Shown here: positions 36,079 to 48,013 of the stretch, in pieces
Layout: every line of letters begins with the position of its first letter
Position numbering within the stretch: the stretch's first letter is position 1
Origin: the human T2T-CHM13v2.0 reference genome, Homo sapiens
Length of the DNA: 64,000 nt
NCBI RefSeq assembly: GCF_009914755.1
Contig: NC_060929.1
Direction: 5' to 3' (one strand)
Notes under the pieces: generated by a model
The model's input: only the letters and a program-made list of their open reading frames with translations
The model's database searches: none
What the model was told of the DNA's origin: nothing
Made by a program: the position numbers and the translations under genes

Positions 36079-36439
36079 TGGTATGGTTTGCCTGTGTCCC
36101 CACGGAAATCTCATCTTGAATTGTAGCAATCATAATTCCCACATGTTGTGGGATGGACCTGGTGAGAGATAATTGAATCGTGGCGGTGGTTTCCCCATAC
36201 TGTTCTCATGGTACTGAGTAAGTCTCATGAGATCCGATGGTTTTATAAGAGGAATCTCCTTTCACTTGGTTCTCATTCTCTCTTTCCTGCTGCCATGTAA
36301 GATGTGACCTTCACCTTCCACCATGATCATGAGACCTCCCCAACCACATGGAACTGTGAGTCCATTAAACCTCTTTTTCTTTATAAATTACCCAGTCTTG
36401 GGTATGTCTTTATCAGCAGCATGTAAATGGACTAATACA
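36079..36439 (+). mobile_element. THE1 (MaLR) solo LTR
   Basis: Runs 'tggtatggtttgcctgtgtcccc' to 'tggactaataca'. Perfect 5-bp TSD GCAGT at 36074-36078 and 36440-36444. Confidence 0.95.
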
Positions 36440-36781
36440 GCAGTACCAGGGTGACTTTTATTACATTAGCAAATCAACATATGGGCTTTGATTGTACTTG
36501 AAATCAAATCACATTGCTATGACAAATGTTAGCAGATAGCCTAAGGATTATTGTTGCACGCCAGTATAAAATCTCAGAGGCTATAACAATCAATAAAGCT
36601 CAAAGGAAGACAAAGAATCACAAAGATGTTTCTGTTCTTAATTACAAAAGAATTGTTATAATTATACTATTTGATGAAACAGGTAAGCCATTCTCAAAAA
36701 ATATATAATCAAGTAAATTATTCATATACGGATATATGTCAAGTATTTGTGTTATAAGCTTACAGCAGGCTCTTATTTCCC

Positions 36782-37468
36782 TTTTTATTTAACCAACTTT
36801 TTTTTTGTTATGGCAAGGACACTTAACATGAGATCTATCCTCTTAGCAGATGTAGAAGTACAGTATTATTAATTATAGATAAAATGGTATACGGCAGATT
36901 TCCAGGACTGATTCATCTTGCATAACTGTACATTGTTACCTACTGATTACCAACTCACCTTTCCTCCTCCTTCTCCCAGCTGCCCCTGGCAACCACCATT
37001 TGACTCTCTGTTTCTATAAGTTTGACTATTTTAGATTCCTCATATAAGTGGAATCAGGCAGTATTTGTCTCTCTTTGCCTGACATTTCATTTAGCATTAT
37101 GTCCTTCAAGTTTATCCATGTGTATTGTATGGCAAAATGTCCTATTTTTTAAAAGTTGAATAATATTCCATTGTGTATATATACCACATCATTTTGCATT
37201 ATCGCCAACAGTGTACAAGGGTTCCAATTTCTCCACATACTCAGCAACACTGTTTTTTTCTATTTTTTAAAACAATAGCTATCCTAAAGGTGTGAGATGA
37301 TATATCATTGTGGTTTGAATTTGCATTTCCCTGATTAGTGACATTGAGCATCTTTTTACACACCTTATGGCTATTTATATGTCTCCTTGGAGAAATGTCT
37401 ATTCAAGTCTTTAGCCCACTTTAGTCAGATTACTAGTTATTTAGTTAGTTTTGCTGCTGATTCATAGG
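36782..37468 (-). mobile_element. L1MA9/10-like 3' end fragment with internal deletion
   Basis: Antisense 3'UTR ('ggacacttaacatgagatctatcctctta', 'ttttagattcctcatataagtgg') and ORF2 end. Confidence 0.85.
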
Positions 37469-37497
37469 CTAGCTAAATTGGTAGAGCATGAGAGTCT
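37467..37497 (+). pseudogene. tRNA-Lys(CTT) 5'-half retro-fragment
   Basis: ggctagctaaattggtagagcatgagagtct matches nt 5-35 of tRNA-Lys-CTT as recalled (GGCTAGCTCAGTCGGTAGAGCATGAGACTCT) at 27/31. No T-arm or B box follows. Confidence 0.7.
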
Positions 37498-37980
37498 ATG
37501 TATAACATTTTAATCCAAGCATATACACATATCCATGCTGTATCGCTGCATGACCTTCACACATTGCAAAAGCTCACTTGGTCATCGCCATTGCTTTTGT
37601 GTATTCAAACTCTTTATAGTATTTGTGAATAGTCAAAGATACTGCTTATTTAAAATGAAGAGAGTATTCAATGTATATCCAGGGCAAGTCAATGTTTTTT
37701 CTAGTTAATACATGGGTTATTGAAGTAACTACTGATACCAGTAAATTAGTATGAGACAATGCTAAATTCTGCTGTAGAATCGGGACTCATTCATTCAAAA
37801 ATGATTTATTCAGCATCTACTCTGTGCCATGAAATGTTCTTGTCCTAGGTAGACTCTGGTCTTGATGCTTTGCTCCATTTATTTCTAGCCTCATAGATGG
37901 CTGATCGGACATTCCCGTAGACTGGTCATTTTACAAAGTTATGAGAGTGTCCATGGTTATGCTCAGTCAATAGTATATGT

Positions 37981-38569
37981 AATATTTCATCAATTCAAAG
38001 AATATCACTGTACCTCACATTTTAATATCTATTAATTCAGAGTGTGTCTGAAATTTGCTGCTTTTTGACAACCAGACAACAGTCTAATGGAACACCTTTT
38101 TAAAAGTGCTGTCTTCTATGTTCTTGGTAGCACAGAGGATGATTCTCTGTGGAAAAACATGTCATTATCGACTCAGTTGAACAGGTACTCAAAGATTGAA
38201 AATTTGAAATGTAAAAAAGTTTTGGAGTTAATCAGAGTACTATGTTTTCTTTATCTGTATTCACAAGAGCAGTATACAATTACATTTCTTTTAAATAAGT
38301 TTTTTCTTACAGTGTAATGTAAAGATTGCAAATTTGAAATGTGAAAAAGTTTTGGAATTATCTTAATCAGAGTACTATGTTTTCTTTTTATTTATTCACA
38401 TGAGCAGTCTATGATTACATTTGTTTTAAATAAGTTTCTTCTTACAGTATAATGTAAAGATTCTAAGTGATAAGAGCAGTGTATTGATTTAGTTGGCAGT
38501 ATTTCTTCTATCTTAGCAGTAGATAAAATATTTTATAACAAATACCATTTTAAAGTCAATGAAGTCAAG
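37981..38569 (+). mobile_element. Kanga/MER104-like (TcMar-Tc2) non-autonomous DNA transposon
   Basis: The left end 'tatttcatcaattcaaag...tcacattttaatatct' and right end 'ttttaaagtcaatgaagtcaagta' resemble Kanga TIRs. ORF 38087 'EHLFKS...GSTEDDSLW' resembles a pogo/Tc2 transposase C-terminus. Confidence 0.6.
38191..38462. repeat. About 130-bp tandem duplication
   Basis: Unit 1 is 38191-38320 and unit 2 is 38321-38455. Both start aaagattg and end taatgt, and a third aaagatt starts at 38456. Confidence 0.93.
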
Positions 38570-39329
38570 TATGTAATGCAAAATAATATTGTAAACATAA
38601 AATTGTTACTTAAAACACAAACACTAAAGCCAGGAGTCAAGTTTGCAAAAGACAAATATAGTGACTATATAAAGCAGTCTCTCTGAGATTTTAAGGTGAG
38701 GTCTTTTGGGATTAAGAGGTTTAGTAAACAACCATGGCTTTACCAATCTGGGAGGGCCTCACTAGATACAGGTGGACTGCCACTGACACCACCAAAATAT
38801 GCATACCTGGAGAGAATCTGGGTGACTCGGGAAGCTGTTTTCACTTAAAAACCCTTAGCCAGATATCTCCTGGTATGTCTTCCTGAAAATATTCTATATT
38901 TAGAGAAGCATTCACATATGCAACAGGACAAAGCATTGTAATGAGATCATCACAGAAAAAAAATTTTTTCCAGTTCCTCCTCCTAGAAAGGCCGGAAGAA
39001 TCTTGAGATGTGAGAATAAAATACAAAAGCCTATATTTGCCTATAAAAGTCAAGCTTGCCAGCTTGCCATATTCTGAATGCAGTCAATGTGTCTTCTCCT
39101 TGGCAAGCATCCTTAGCTCTATAGGGGCTTACCAGGAAATGAGTCTCTTCAGGCCTCCATAGAGGAGGGAAAGACATGGTTCTAGACTGACATTTTAGCT
39201 GGGTGCCTATGTGGCATGATTGTATGGCTATTGTTAGCTAGAAAAGGTTCAATTTTACTGCCCAATCCATACTCTACAATCAACCTTTACAAACTGCATG
39301 TAATTCGCCAAACACTCCATGCTTTTCTA

Positions 39330-39665
39330 CTTTATGGCTTTCAACATAGTTTCTTTTTTGCCTTTTCCCATCACGTTTTGCTCCTGGTAAATTCCAGTGT
39401 GCATTTCCATATTCATTTTGAATTTTGTCAAATGTGACAACCTCAAAGAGCCTGCCTTGACTCACTCTCTCAACAGCTTTGATTTTCCCCATTTTATACT
39501 CTCCGGTACTTTCACATTTATATCCTTATATGTATTACAGTATATTATAATGATTGGCTTACTTCTCTGTCTCCTCATTAGATGGTGAGGTCCTGAGAGT
39601 AGAAACTACCAACTGAACCTATGCCTATCATAGAATATGACCACATAAATATTTACTGAATTCTA
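39330..39665 (+). mobile_element. L2 3' end fragment
   Basis: 'tgtctcctcattagatggtgaggtcctgagagtaga...ataaatatttactgaa'. Confidence 0.6.
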
Positions 39666-41740
39666 CTTTCTGGTAGAAGTTTATAGGATAGACTTCCAAA
39701 TTTAGAAAAACCATAAAAATTCATTAAATAATTTGTTTTCTTTTTTCATTATAATATTTACCATTAAGACCTTACTTTCCAAAATCAGATTTTATTTTTA
39801 ATTCCTCACTTCCTTTTTCCTAATAACTCAGTGCTCCTGCCATAGTGTTCAGCCTGAATAGGACTATCCTGAGACATACTAGGCTAGATTATTCACACAA
39901 GAGCTCAAAAGTGTTCCATTTCATGTGGTAAGCAAAATTCTCTTTGACATTCACAGTAGTCATTTAGCACAAACCAAAGCTCTTTCATCAGCATATATTG
40001 TACTGATTTTCAAATTATAAGGATGGTTTTTGAACACACCAGCTGAGAAGGGATTTAGTTTTGTGTATGCGTTTAGCCATTTCTCCTTATCCTCATATCC
40101 CTGTGTATGTGAGTGTTTTCCCCTATTTCATATTTACTTTCCAATTCCCTATTTTTTTCATAATTTTATGAGGAAATATTCACAGGCTCATCACTGCAGT
40201 CCAGAAGGACACATAGTAATTATTATGATCAACCTACTTAAAAAAACAGATAAAAGATGAGAAATTGCCTTTGAAAAGAAAGAAAAAAGAGGAGTTATTG
40301 ATGGATGTTTTAATGCCTCATTCTATTTTCAGCTACTCTGTTCATATTACCACCATCTGAACATGAATTACGTAAAGGAAAGAAAGGTATTTGTTCTTTT
40401 CTTATCTCTTTAAACTGAAGCTGAATATTTTAGATTGGACAATTGGTCCTATGTTTATCCCATTTGCCTTTTGAAGTACTATTATACTGTACTTTATTCA
40501 GAACTGCAGATGCACATACCACACTTGGGGACAAATGAGATGACTTATTTTTGTATTGTATTTTTAATGAAGCCTTTGGAAAAGGCTTCAGAAAGAAGTT
40601 TTGAAAAGTTACCAGTGAGCACAGTAATGAGATGCTGCCTTTCAGTTCAGCATTGAACTGGGACAGAGCCAACTAATAAGCAGTTGTTCCATGGAGCAGG
40701 ATTTTAAAAGCAATCCTCAAGGAATACTCACAAGGATTTTAAAGTCAACTGCACATTTTTTTTCAATATGATTTTTAAAAAAAATTCTTTTAATTGCCTC
40801 TGTTTTTTCTTAGGCACATTGTATCATTGTGGTATTTCAATAAATTATTAGAAGGCTTTTTTCTAAGATTAGTTTTAGAAGACTTTAATTAACATACTCC
40901 CTGTTTGAGAAATGCTTGGCTTTCTTCAGAGTAGACCTCTTAAGCTATGTCTAGACAAGTAAACAGTTTCATTTAGTGGATATTATGGTCTTTCATACCA
41001 TTTGACCATTTTTTTAGGTCAAAAACAGTTGAATATTGGCAATTTCATATGGTTCAACCTTCAGTGTGTGCATGAGGAGGTGCGTGTTTTATTTTTATTG
41101 TAAGCTTTAACTCAATATTGATTAAAATACCAAATACCTAAATAATTATATCAAAGAACATCTATCAACAAAAAAGTGGTTCTTCATATTAAAACATATT
41201 GAACAAAACCTATATTAGAAATTAAATAAAAACTACAGCACGTATGGTTCTCTGCATGTGTTTAGCTATATTATATGTAATGATGTATCCTAATTGATTG
41301 TACCAATGCAAACCAAAGAACGTTCATAAAATAAATCTGCAGATGAACCTGAGAAACTTAGCCAGAAGAGGTACAAATGTTACTACAAATATACTGACAA
41401 AAAGCTTTGGTAATACTGTTTCATTTCTAATTAAAAAGCAAATTGTATATGCATACCTACAATAGCATATTCTATCTTAGAGCTTTGAATTCTTTTTGCT
41501 GCGTAGTTATACAAAGATTACTATATGTTACAATTTTTATGTATAGTTGCAATTGTATACCACAGTTTTAATAATGCCATTTGGTGTGTGAATTTCCTTT
41601 CCTCAACCCTCAAATACTAGGAATACAAAAATCCTGGAAGGTGGGCTGGGGCAGAAAAATAAGACAACAAAGGAGGTAGCTAATCTACAGACTGAATGAA
41701 TAGATACTGAAGAGTCAAAGGTTGATTTTAAAAAGTATGA

Positions 41741-42060
41741 GAAGCCATTATCCTCAGCAAACTAACACAGGAACAGAAAACCAAACAACACATGTTCTCA
41801 TTTATAAAGGGGAGTTGAACAATGAGAACACATGGACACAGGGAGGGGAACAACACACACTGGGGCCTGTCGAGGGCAGGGTGGAGGGAGGGAGAACATC
41901 AGGATAAATAGCTAATGCATGTGGGGCCTAATGCCTAGGTGATGGGTTGATAGGTGCAGCAAATCACCATGGCACACATTTACCTGTATAACAAACCTGC
42001 ATGTCCTGCAAATGTATCCTGGAACTTAAAATTAAATTAAATTAAAAAAAAAGAAAAAAG
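41741..42060 (+). mobile_element. L1PA (about PA8-12) 3' end fragment
   Basis: Sense ORF2 end, 3'UTR ('ggataaatagctaatgcatgtgggg') and A-tail. Confidence 0.92.
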
Positions 42061-42692
42061 AGAATACTAGTAGGGTTAGTAATAATGAAACAAGTTTGTG
42101 ATTAGTGCTAGTAGTATTAGTGTTAATTAATAGTGATACTTCTAAAGGATGTTAAATATTAGTTATATTATACTGAAGAAGTATAGTTATCCTATACTTC
42201 TAAAGGATGTTAATTCTTCCCAGACCACCCTGAAGACATGTAAGCCCAGACTCTGAGAAAATAAAAACCACTGATTTTCATGGGTTAATAAATGATGATG
42301 ATAGTCAATGAAACCTTGCTTACTTGAAATTCTTTTGCCCAGTGAAAGGTTAAAGCATATATAAGGATATTACCTAAAAGCTCTACGAATCATTCCATAA
42401 TTTTAAGATAAATTTCACCTCAGAAAGCATTTCTAAAAATGGTGAATTTATGAAGACTTTCTCCTCCACTTCTGTTGTGAAGAGCGATGACTTGTAAAGC
42501 ATCTTTGCTTACTGAGAGGCTAGAGACATTCATCTCATGTACTCGCTTCTGATCTTATTGAAGTGGAAAATCAAAGCCTCACATTTTTTTGTCAGAGGTT
42601 GCTGAAAATGATTACTTACTAACATATTTTCACCAACATGAAATATTAGTAGCCAAAAAGGATGCCTAAGCCACCCTTATGAACCAAAGTTC

Positions 42693-42695
42693 ATA

Positions 42696-42730
<35 letters not shown>
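42693..42730. repeat. (TA)n microsatellite with one interruption
   Basis: Direct reading of the sequence. Confidence 0.95.
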
Positions 42731-43134
42731 TTGAGATTTTTAAACCCCTGTTTACTGAAAAGGTGTAAATTTTTAGGATGCTTCCATTGATCCATTCATT
42801 GTTCAAAAATTTGTGTCAAAGTCCTATTATGTATCCAGACCTTATGGATACTAGGAACTATCTTTTCAGACCCTGGTCCTCACTTAAATGCCTCATACAG
42901 AATTGCTCAAAAAGAATCTTGTATCATATGAAAAGAGGTGACAATCTGGTGTGCACCATTTGGTGTAAATCCAGATGGTTCCCGGGGTTTCTTCTTTTAT
43001 CTATGATCAAGGTAAGGTTAACTTCAAACCTCACTGCACAAACTAAAATATCCAATGCCATTCCTTTTTCTGAAAACCTCTAGAGTCTTAAATTTTAGTT
43101 ATAAAACATAAATAAGTTCTAGAAGTCAGCTCTA

Positions 43135-43310
43135 AAATATAGCATCTATAGATAACAATATCTTATTGTTCACTTAAAAATTTAATAGGATAGATATTAA
43201 GTGTTCTTACCACCACCAAAGAGAGAGACAGAGGGAGAGAGACATCGAGAGAGACAGGAGACTTTTGGAGGTGATGTATATGTCTATTACATTGATTTTG
43301 GTGTTTATAC
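43135..43310 (+). mobile_element. Old L1M 3'UTR fragment
   Basis: 'aagtgttcttaccacc...ttttggaggtgatgtatatgtctattacattgattttggtg'. Confidence 0.65.
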
Positions 43311-43354
43311 TAATTGAGGAGAAAATGGGGCATTATTCAATTAGTATAAAGATA

Positions 43355-43947
43355 ACTTTTATATAAATTTAAGAGGTACAAGTGCAGTTTTGTTATATAG
43401 ATATATTGCGTAGTGGTGAAGTCTGGGCTTCCAGTGCAACCATCACCCAAATAATGTACATTGTACCCATTAAGTAATTTATTCTCCCTCACCCCCCTCC
43501 CATCCTCCCACTCTTCCAGGTCTCCAATGTCTATTATTCCACACTCTATTTTCATGTGTTCACATTATTTAACTCCCACTTATGAGTGAGAACATGTGGT
43601 ATTTGACTTTCTGTTTCTGAGTTATTTTACTTAATATAATGGCTTCCAGTTCTAACTTTGTTGCAGCAAAATACATGATTTCATTCTTTATTAGGGCTGA
43701 ATAGTATTTAAGTGTATATATATTAGTGTACATTTTATATATATGAAAATGTGGTGTATATATATATATGTGTATATATACCAATGAATGATTGGATAAA
43801 GAAAATGTGGTATGTATCTAAATGTAGGTTGATTCCATATCTTTGCTATTATGAATAGTGCTGTGATTCACATACAAGTGCAGGTATCTTTTTGCAGTAA
43901 TGTTTTCTTTTCCTTTGGGTAGATACCCAGTAGGGGGATTGCTGGAT
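43355..43947 (-). mobile_element. L1PB-type 3' end with internal micro-inversion
   Basis: Antisense 'gtacaagtgcagttttgttatatagatatattgcgtagtggtgaagtctgggc'. The segment 43782-43817 is in sense orientation. Confidence 0.88.
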
Positions 43948-44019
43948 TTCCCCAAGGGAAAATTCATTGCTTTCTTTATAAACTTAAATATTATTTGTTA
44001 AAATAACAACAACAATGAG

Positions 44020-44340
44020 GGCTGGGTGCTTTGGCTCATTCCTGTAATCCCAGAACTTTGGGAAGCCGAGTCATGAGGATTGCTTGAGTTTAGGAGTTCA
44101 AGATTAACCTGGGCAACATAGTGAGAACTTATTTCTACTAACAAAACAAAATCAAGAAAATTAGCCAGGCATGATCGTGTGCACTTGAAGTCCCAGCTAC
44201 TCGGGAGGCTTAGGTGGGAGAATTACTTGAGCCTGGGAGATCTAGGCTCCAGTGAGCTATGATAACTCCACTGCATTCCAGCCTGGGTGACAGAGTGAGA
44301 CTTTGTCTCAAAAAAACAGCAACAAAAAATAACAACAATA
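44020..44340 (+). mobile_element. AluJ
   Basis: Diverged dimer with 'gaggattgcttgag' and 'gggcaacatagtgaga'. CAA-rich tail and a possible TSD AAATAACAACAA. Confidence 0.92.
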
Positions 44341-44739
44341 AAACAGTGCATATGAATTTAATATCCAGTTAATATTCCTAACCTTCTCTATAGAACATCT
44401 TATTAATATGAATTTATTATATATTAGAAATTATAAACTTATATAATACAAATTACATTCCTGAAAAGTCACAGGAGAAAGCTATATCAAGTGGGTGTAT
44501 ATATATGGTCAGTGAAGACGTGTGGTACTTAGAAGGTAGAACACTATTCTTATCACAGACATTTTCATTTAAGCCCACATTTATTGTTAGGGTTGACTTG
44601 ACTATAAGGAACTAAGATACTTAATGAATTATTAGAAATATCTGAAGGAATTTCAAAATCAAATACGATTGTTTTAAGGTTTCAAGTCAGGGCTCATTCA
44701 AATATATAAAGCACTCATCAGCAGGAACCGTTTCCTTTC

Positions 44740-44846
44740 ATCCTCCCTCCTTCCCTCCCTCCCTCTCTCCCTCCCTTCCTTCCTTCCTTCTGTTCTTCTT
44801 TCCTCCCTCCCTCTGTTCCTCCCTTTCTTCCTTTCTCCCTTCCTTC
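44740..44846. repeat. (CCTT/CCCT)n low-complexity polypyrimidine tract
   Basis: Direct reading of the sequence. Confidence 0.9.
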
Positions 44847-45419
44847 AATGTAAGATTAATTCTTGTGTTTTTTTGGCATAAATGAGGTATTCAAATAATA
44901 AAATTATTACTCAGTAGTTCAGGCTCCCGATCTGATTTATTGGAGAAAAATGATCTGGGTGTTAGAATTATAAGTGTTGAATTTTCTCTTTTTTTAATGA
45001 CTCACAAAAATAGTCTGAGTTAGTGCGAAAGAGGAGAGGTTAATAGTTTCTTTATTATGAGCTGAACAAATAAGAATAATCAAATTCATAGAAGACTCAC
45101 ATTCAGGATTCCAGGGCTTATGCATCTCTACGGCCCTAAATGAAAAGAAGATGGATCCCAAAATTTGGAGGGGAAATTGTCTCTTTCAGTTTCTTGGACC
45201 AATGTGAAAGAGGACTGTCCGCCTGCAAATTTTAGTATCCACTTTTCACTTGCTGTAAGTAGGGAATTTTCCCATGCTTTTTCTTCCTCCTTTTATATTC
45301 TTGTCAGGTACATTTTAAAAGAGAAATTAATTAGTCTCCAGTTAGAAAACATCTAAACATAGGCAGAATAATATATTTGCATACCATTCAGAAAGTCTCT
45401 TAAACTTTTCTTGCCAAAA

Positions 45420-45474
45420 GCAAGAGTTAAGAAACAGTAGCAAGAGTTAAGAAACAGTTGCAAGAGTTAAGAAA
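45420..45474. repeat. 20-bp minisatellite, 2.75 copies
   Basis: gcaagagttaagaaacagta, gcaagagttaagaaacagtt, gcaagagttaagaaa. Confidence 0.95.
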
Positions 45475-45489
45475 AATTTTCAAGTTTGT

Positions 45490-45830
45490 AATTCATGCTT
45501 TCAACAGACATTTATTGGTTATCTAATATATTCAAAATGCTAATCTAGGTGCTGCAGGAGTTTCAAAAAACAAACAAACATAAGACAGGATCTCTAACTT
45601 CAAAAGGCCTAGGGTTAGTATGGGAAATAAAGGTAAAGTAAATGCCATGAGATATTTCAAAATTTGATAAATGAAACAGTATACCTGATGAAAAGAAAGA
45701 AATAGTATATCTTGGAAAACAAATCACAGAGGGCTCTATGGAGGAGGTAACATCTGAGCTCATCGTTGATGGGTAGAATTTGGAACTCTGAGATAGAGGA
45801 AAGATTATCTCAAGGAGAGAAAATTAAGAG
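45490..45830 (-). mobile_element. L2 3' end fragment
   Basis: 'ttcaacagacatttattgg...ctaggtgctgcagg...tggaggaggtaacatctgagct'. Confidence 0.65.
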
Positions 45831-46247
45831 ACTTCTGTTGGGAAGATTTCTTGACTCAGCAGAAATGAGTGCCTCATTGACTAATGATAACGGCCATGGG
45901 ATAGAAGAGGCATGCTGGCACACATTAATTGCTAAATCTGAAAGATAAATAAACTCTTACAGAAACTAGATTAAAGAGAAGTTATTGGAGATAAAGATGG
46001 GCTAAGCAGCAAATCCTTTCTCTCTGATTTTTCTTCTGCCTGATCCAGTTTGGCAATTAGATCAAAAATCGTTTTGATGATAATGTCCACAGATACATAT
46101 TAATACATTCAACCAATGGATAATAACATATCTCTACAGCCTCAGCTCCCACCACCACTGCTGGTCATATCAAAACCCGAGTTAGACAAAATCATTTCTT
46201 TTTGGGAACATATGTTTCACCATGTATTGACTTATTCACATGCTATC

Positions 46248-46560
46248 TGTATCAGTTAGTTATTGTTACATCACAGAGCAACCAAAAACTCTATAGCTTA
46301 AAATGACAATCATGTGCTATTATAACTTACTTATCTATGCATTGGCTGGGGATCTGTAATCTAAACTGGACTCTGCTGATCTCAATTTGGTTCCGTCATG
46401 CATTTGCAGGCAGGCTGGGGTCTGCCCTAGACAGAGTGTGGCTGGTGACTTTTAGCTGTGGCAACTCTGCTCCATGTGTCTCTTGTTTTCCTTTTGGCAC
46501 CAGTGGTCTATTCTGGGTATATCCTTCTCTCTGTGATGGCAGTGACTCATATGACAAGAA
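46248..46560 (-). mobile_element. MLT1H-like MaLR LTR fragment
   Basis: 'tgtatcagttagttattgttacatc...agcttaaaatgacaatc...ctctgctccatgtgtctc'. Confidence 0.7.
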
Positions 46561-47782
46561 AACACTAAAGCCACTTAAACACTAAACCCTAAACCTAATG
46601 CCCGAATCACCAAGTCACATGAAAATAGATGCTAGTGCAAAGAGAACTGAAGATCTGAAACTTTAAAGCAATTTACTTCACTGTTCCTATATCAGTAATA
46701 GCCATATAACAGTGTCAGGTAACTGATCAGTGATTTTCTTCCCTGCTGTCATGTCACTAATATTTCTATCTTAAAGAGGCCACAGAAGCCATGCAGTTTC
46801 TATCAGCAATAGAGAATAAATTAGGCCTCAAAAATAAAGGTAGAATGGGATTTTGTAAATAGGGAGTGGGAAACCTCTCAAGTGTTTCACTCCGTACATA
46901 TTCAAGGCAAACCTCGTTATCATCCTTTACCCTTTGTCTCATTTCTACTGTATTTTCTCTCCAAACCAAATTTCTAACTTCATATATATTTCTCGTCTAA
47001 CTCCCCAATTATGATATCACTTCCCTTTTCTCCAATCAACTTAGAGTTACTGGCTATGTTCTTTATCAGCTACTAACACTGGTCGAAGGGATTTACCCTA
47101 TACCTCCACAACCTTTTCATCCCAAATGTCTCCCAATCATCAGAAGTATGATCACAGCTAGACTCTGTCAACACTTAGAACAGCTCAACTGAAACCTCAC
47201 ATTTTAAAAGGTTTCTTGCTGACTACAAGCTCTGGGCTTTTCAGTTCTCTTGGTCTTTCATGTTTTTAAATCTCATCTTGATATTTCAAGATGATCTTTT
47301 GATGTCTTCCTTTTTATGCCATCCTCCATGCCTCTATCATGTCACTGTCATTGGTCGTAACCAATTTGGCTTTATTATAGGAAAGCAACGTTTGTATGTT
47401 TGTTTCACATTAGACTATCAATTATTGTGATTCACCATATTAGGAGATTAAAGAGGAAATTTAGAATAATATTAATAAAACAAAAAGCCTTTGACTAAAT
47501 TCAACATCATTCATTAAATGAAAAAAATTGAAACTAGTATTTAAAGGGAATCTTAATTATTATGATAAAATATTCCCTTTTCGTGTTTGAAAATAAAAAA
47601 TCACTGTTTGCTTCCAGGAGGTTGCAGTTTCTGATAACAGGAGCTGAGTGCTCATAATTAATGGAACCTGGGGGCTCGGAGCTGATTGCAGATGTGCAGC
47701 ATGGAAGTAGCTAAATGTATGACCTGTTCCCGCCACTCTCACTTGCATGGAGGAGCAAGAGCAGTTAACCCAAGGCTTGAAA

Positions 47783-47968
47783 TAGTGTTTCTCAAACCTT
47801 GGCATACATTGGAATTGCCTGTTGGGGATGTCAAAAATCTCTTTCTTTCTCTCTCTCTGAATGCCTGATTTAGCAGATCTGAAGTGAGGCCTGAGGATTT
47901 TCATTTTTAGCAAGTTCCCAAGAGATATTGATGCTGCTGACTGGGGGACCCAACTTTTAGTACCACTG
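47783..47968. mobile_element. MER5A (hAT-Charlie MITE)
   Basis: Ends 'tagtgtttctcaaa' and 'ttttagtaccactg', with internal 'caagttcccaagagatattgatgctgctg'. Confidence 0.82.
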
Positions 47969-48013
47969 GCATGGAGTGTGATGTTTGGGCTGAAGAGGCC
48001 AGGCAATGGCCAT

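Noticed and set aside
37467-37540. Functional tRNA-Lys gene
   Set aside because: Only nt 5-35 are present. There is no T-arm/B box or 3' acceptor strand.
42136-42213. Repeat-spacer-repeat resembling a minimal CRISPR unit
   Set aside because: There are only two repeats, the spacer is built from local sequence, and the DNA is eukaryotic. A repair scar explains it better.
45420-45474. CRISPR-like array
   Set aside because: The units are head-to-tail with no unique spacers, there are no cas genes, and the context is mammalian.
47560-48006. 148-aa ORF
   Set aside because: It largely overlaps MER5A and has no recognisable domain.
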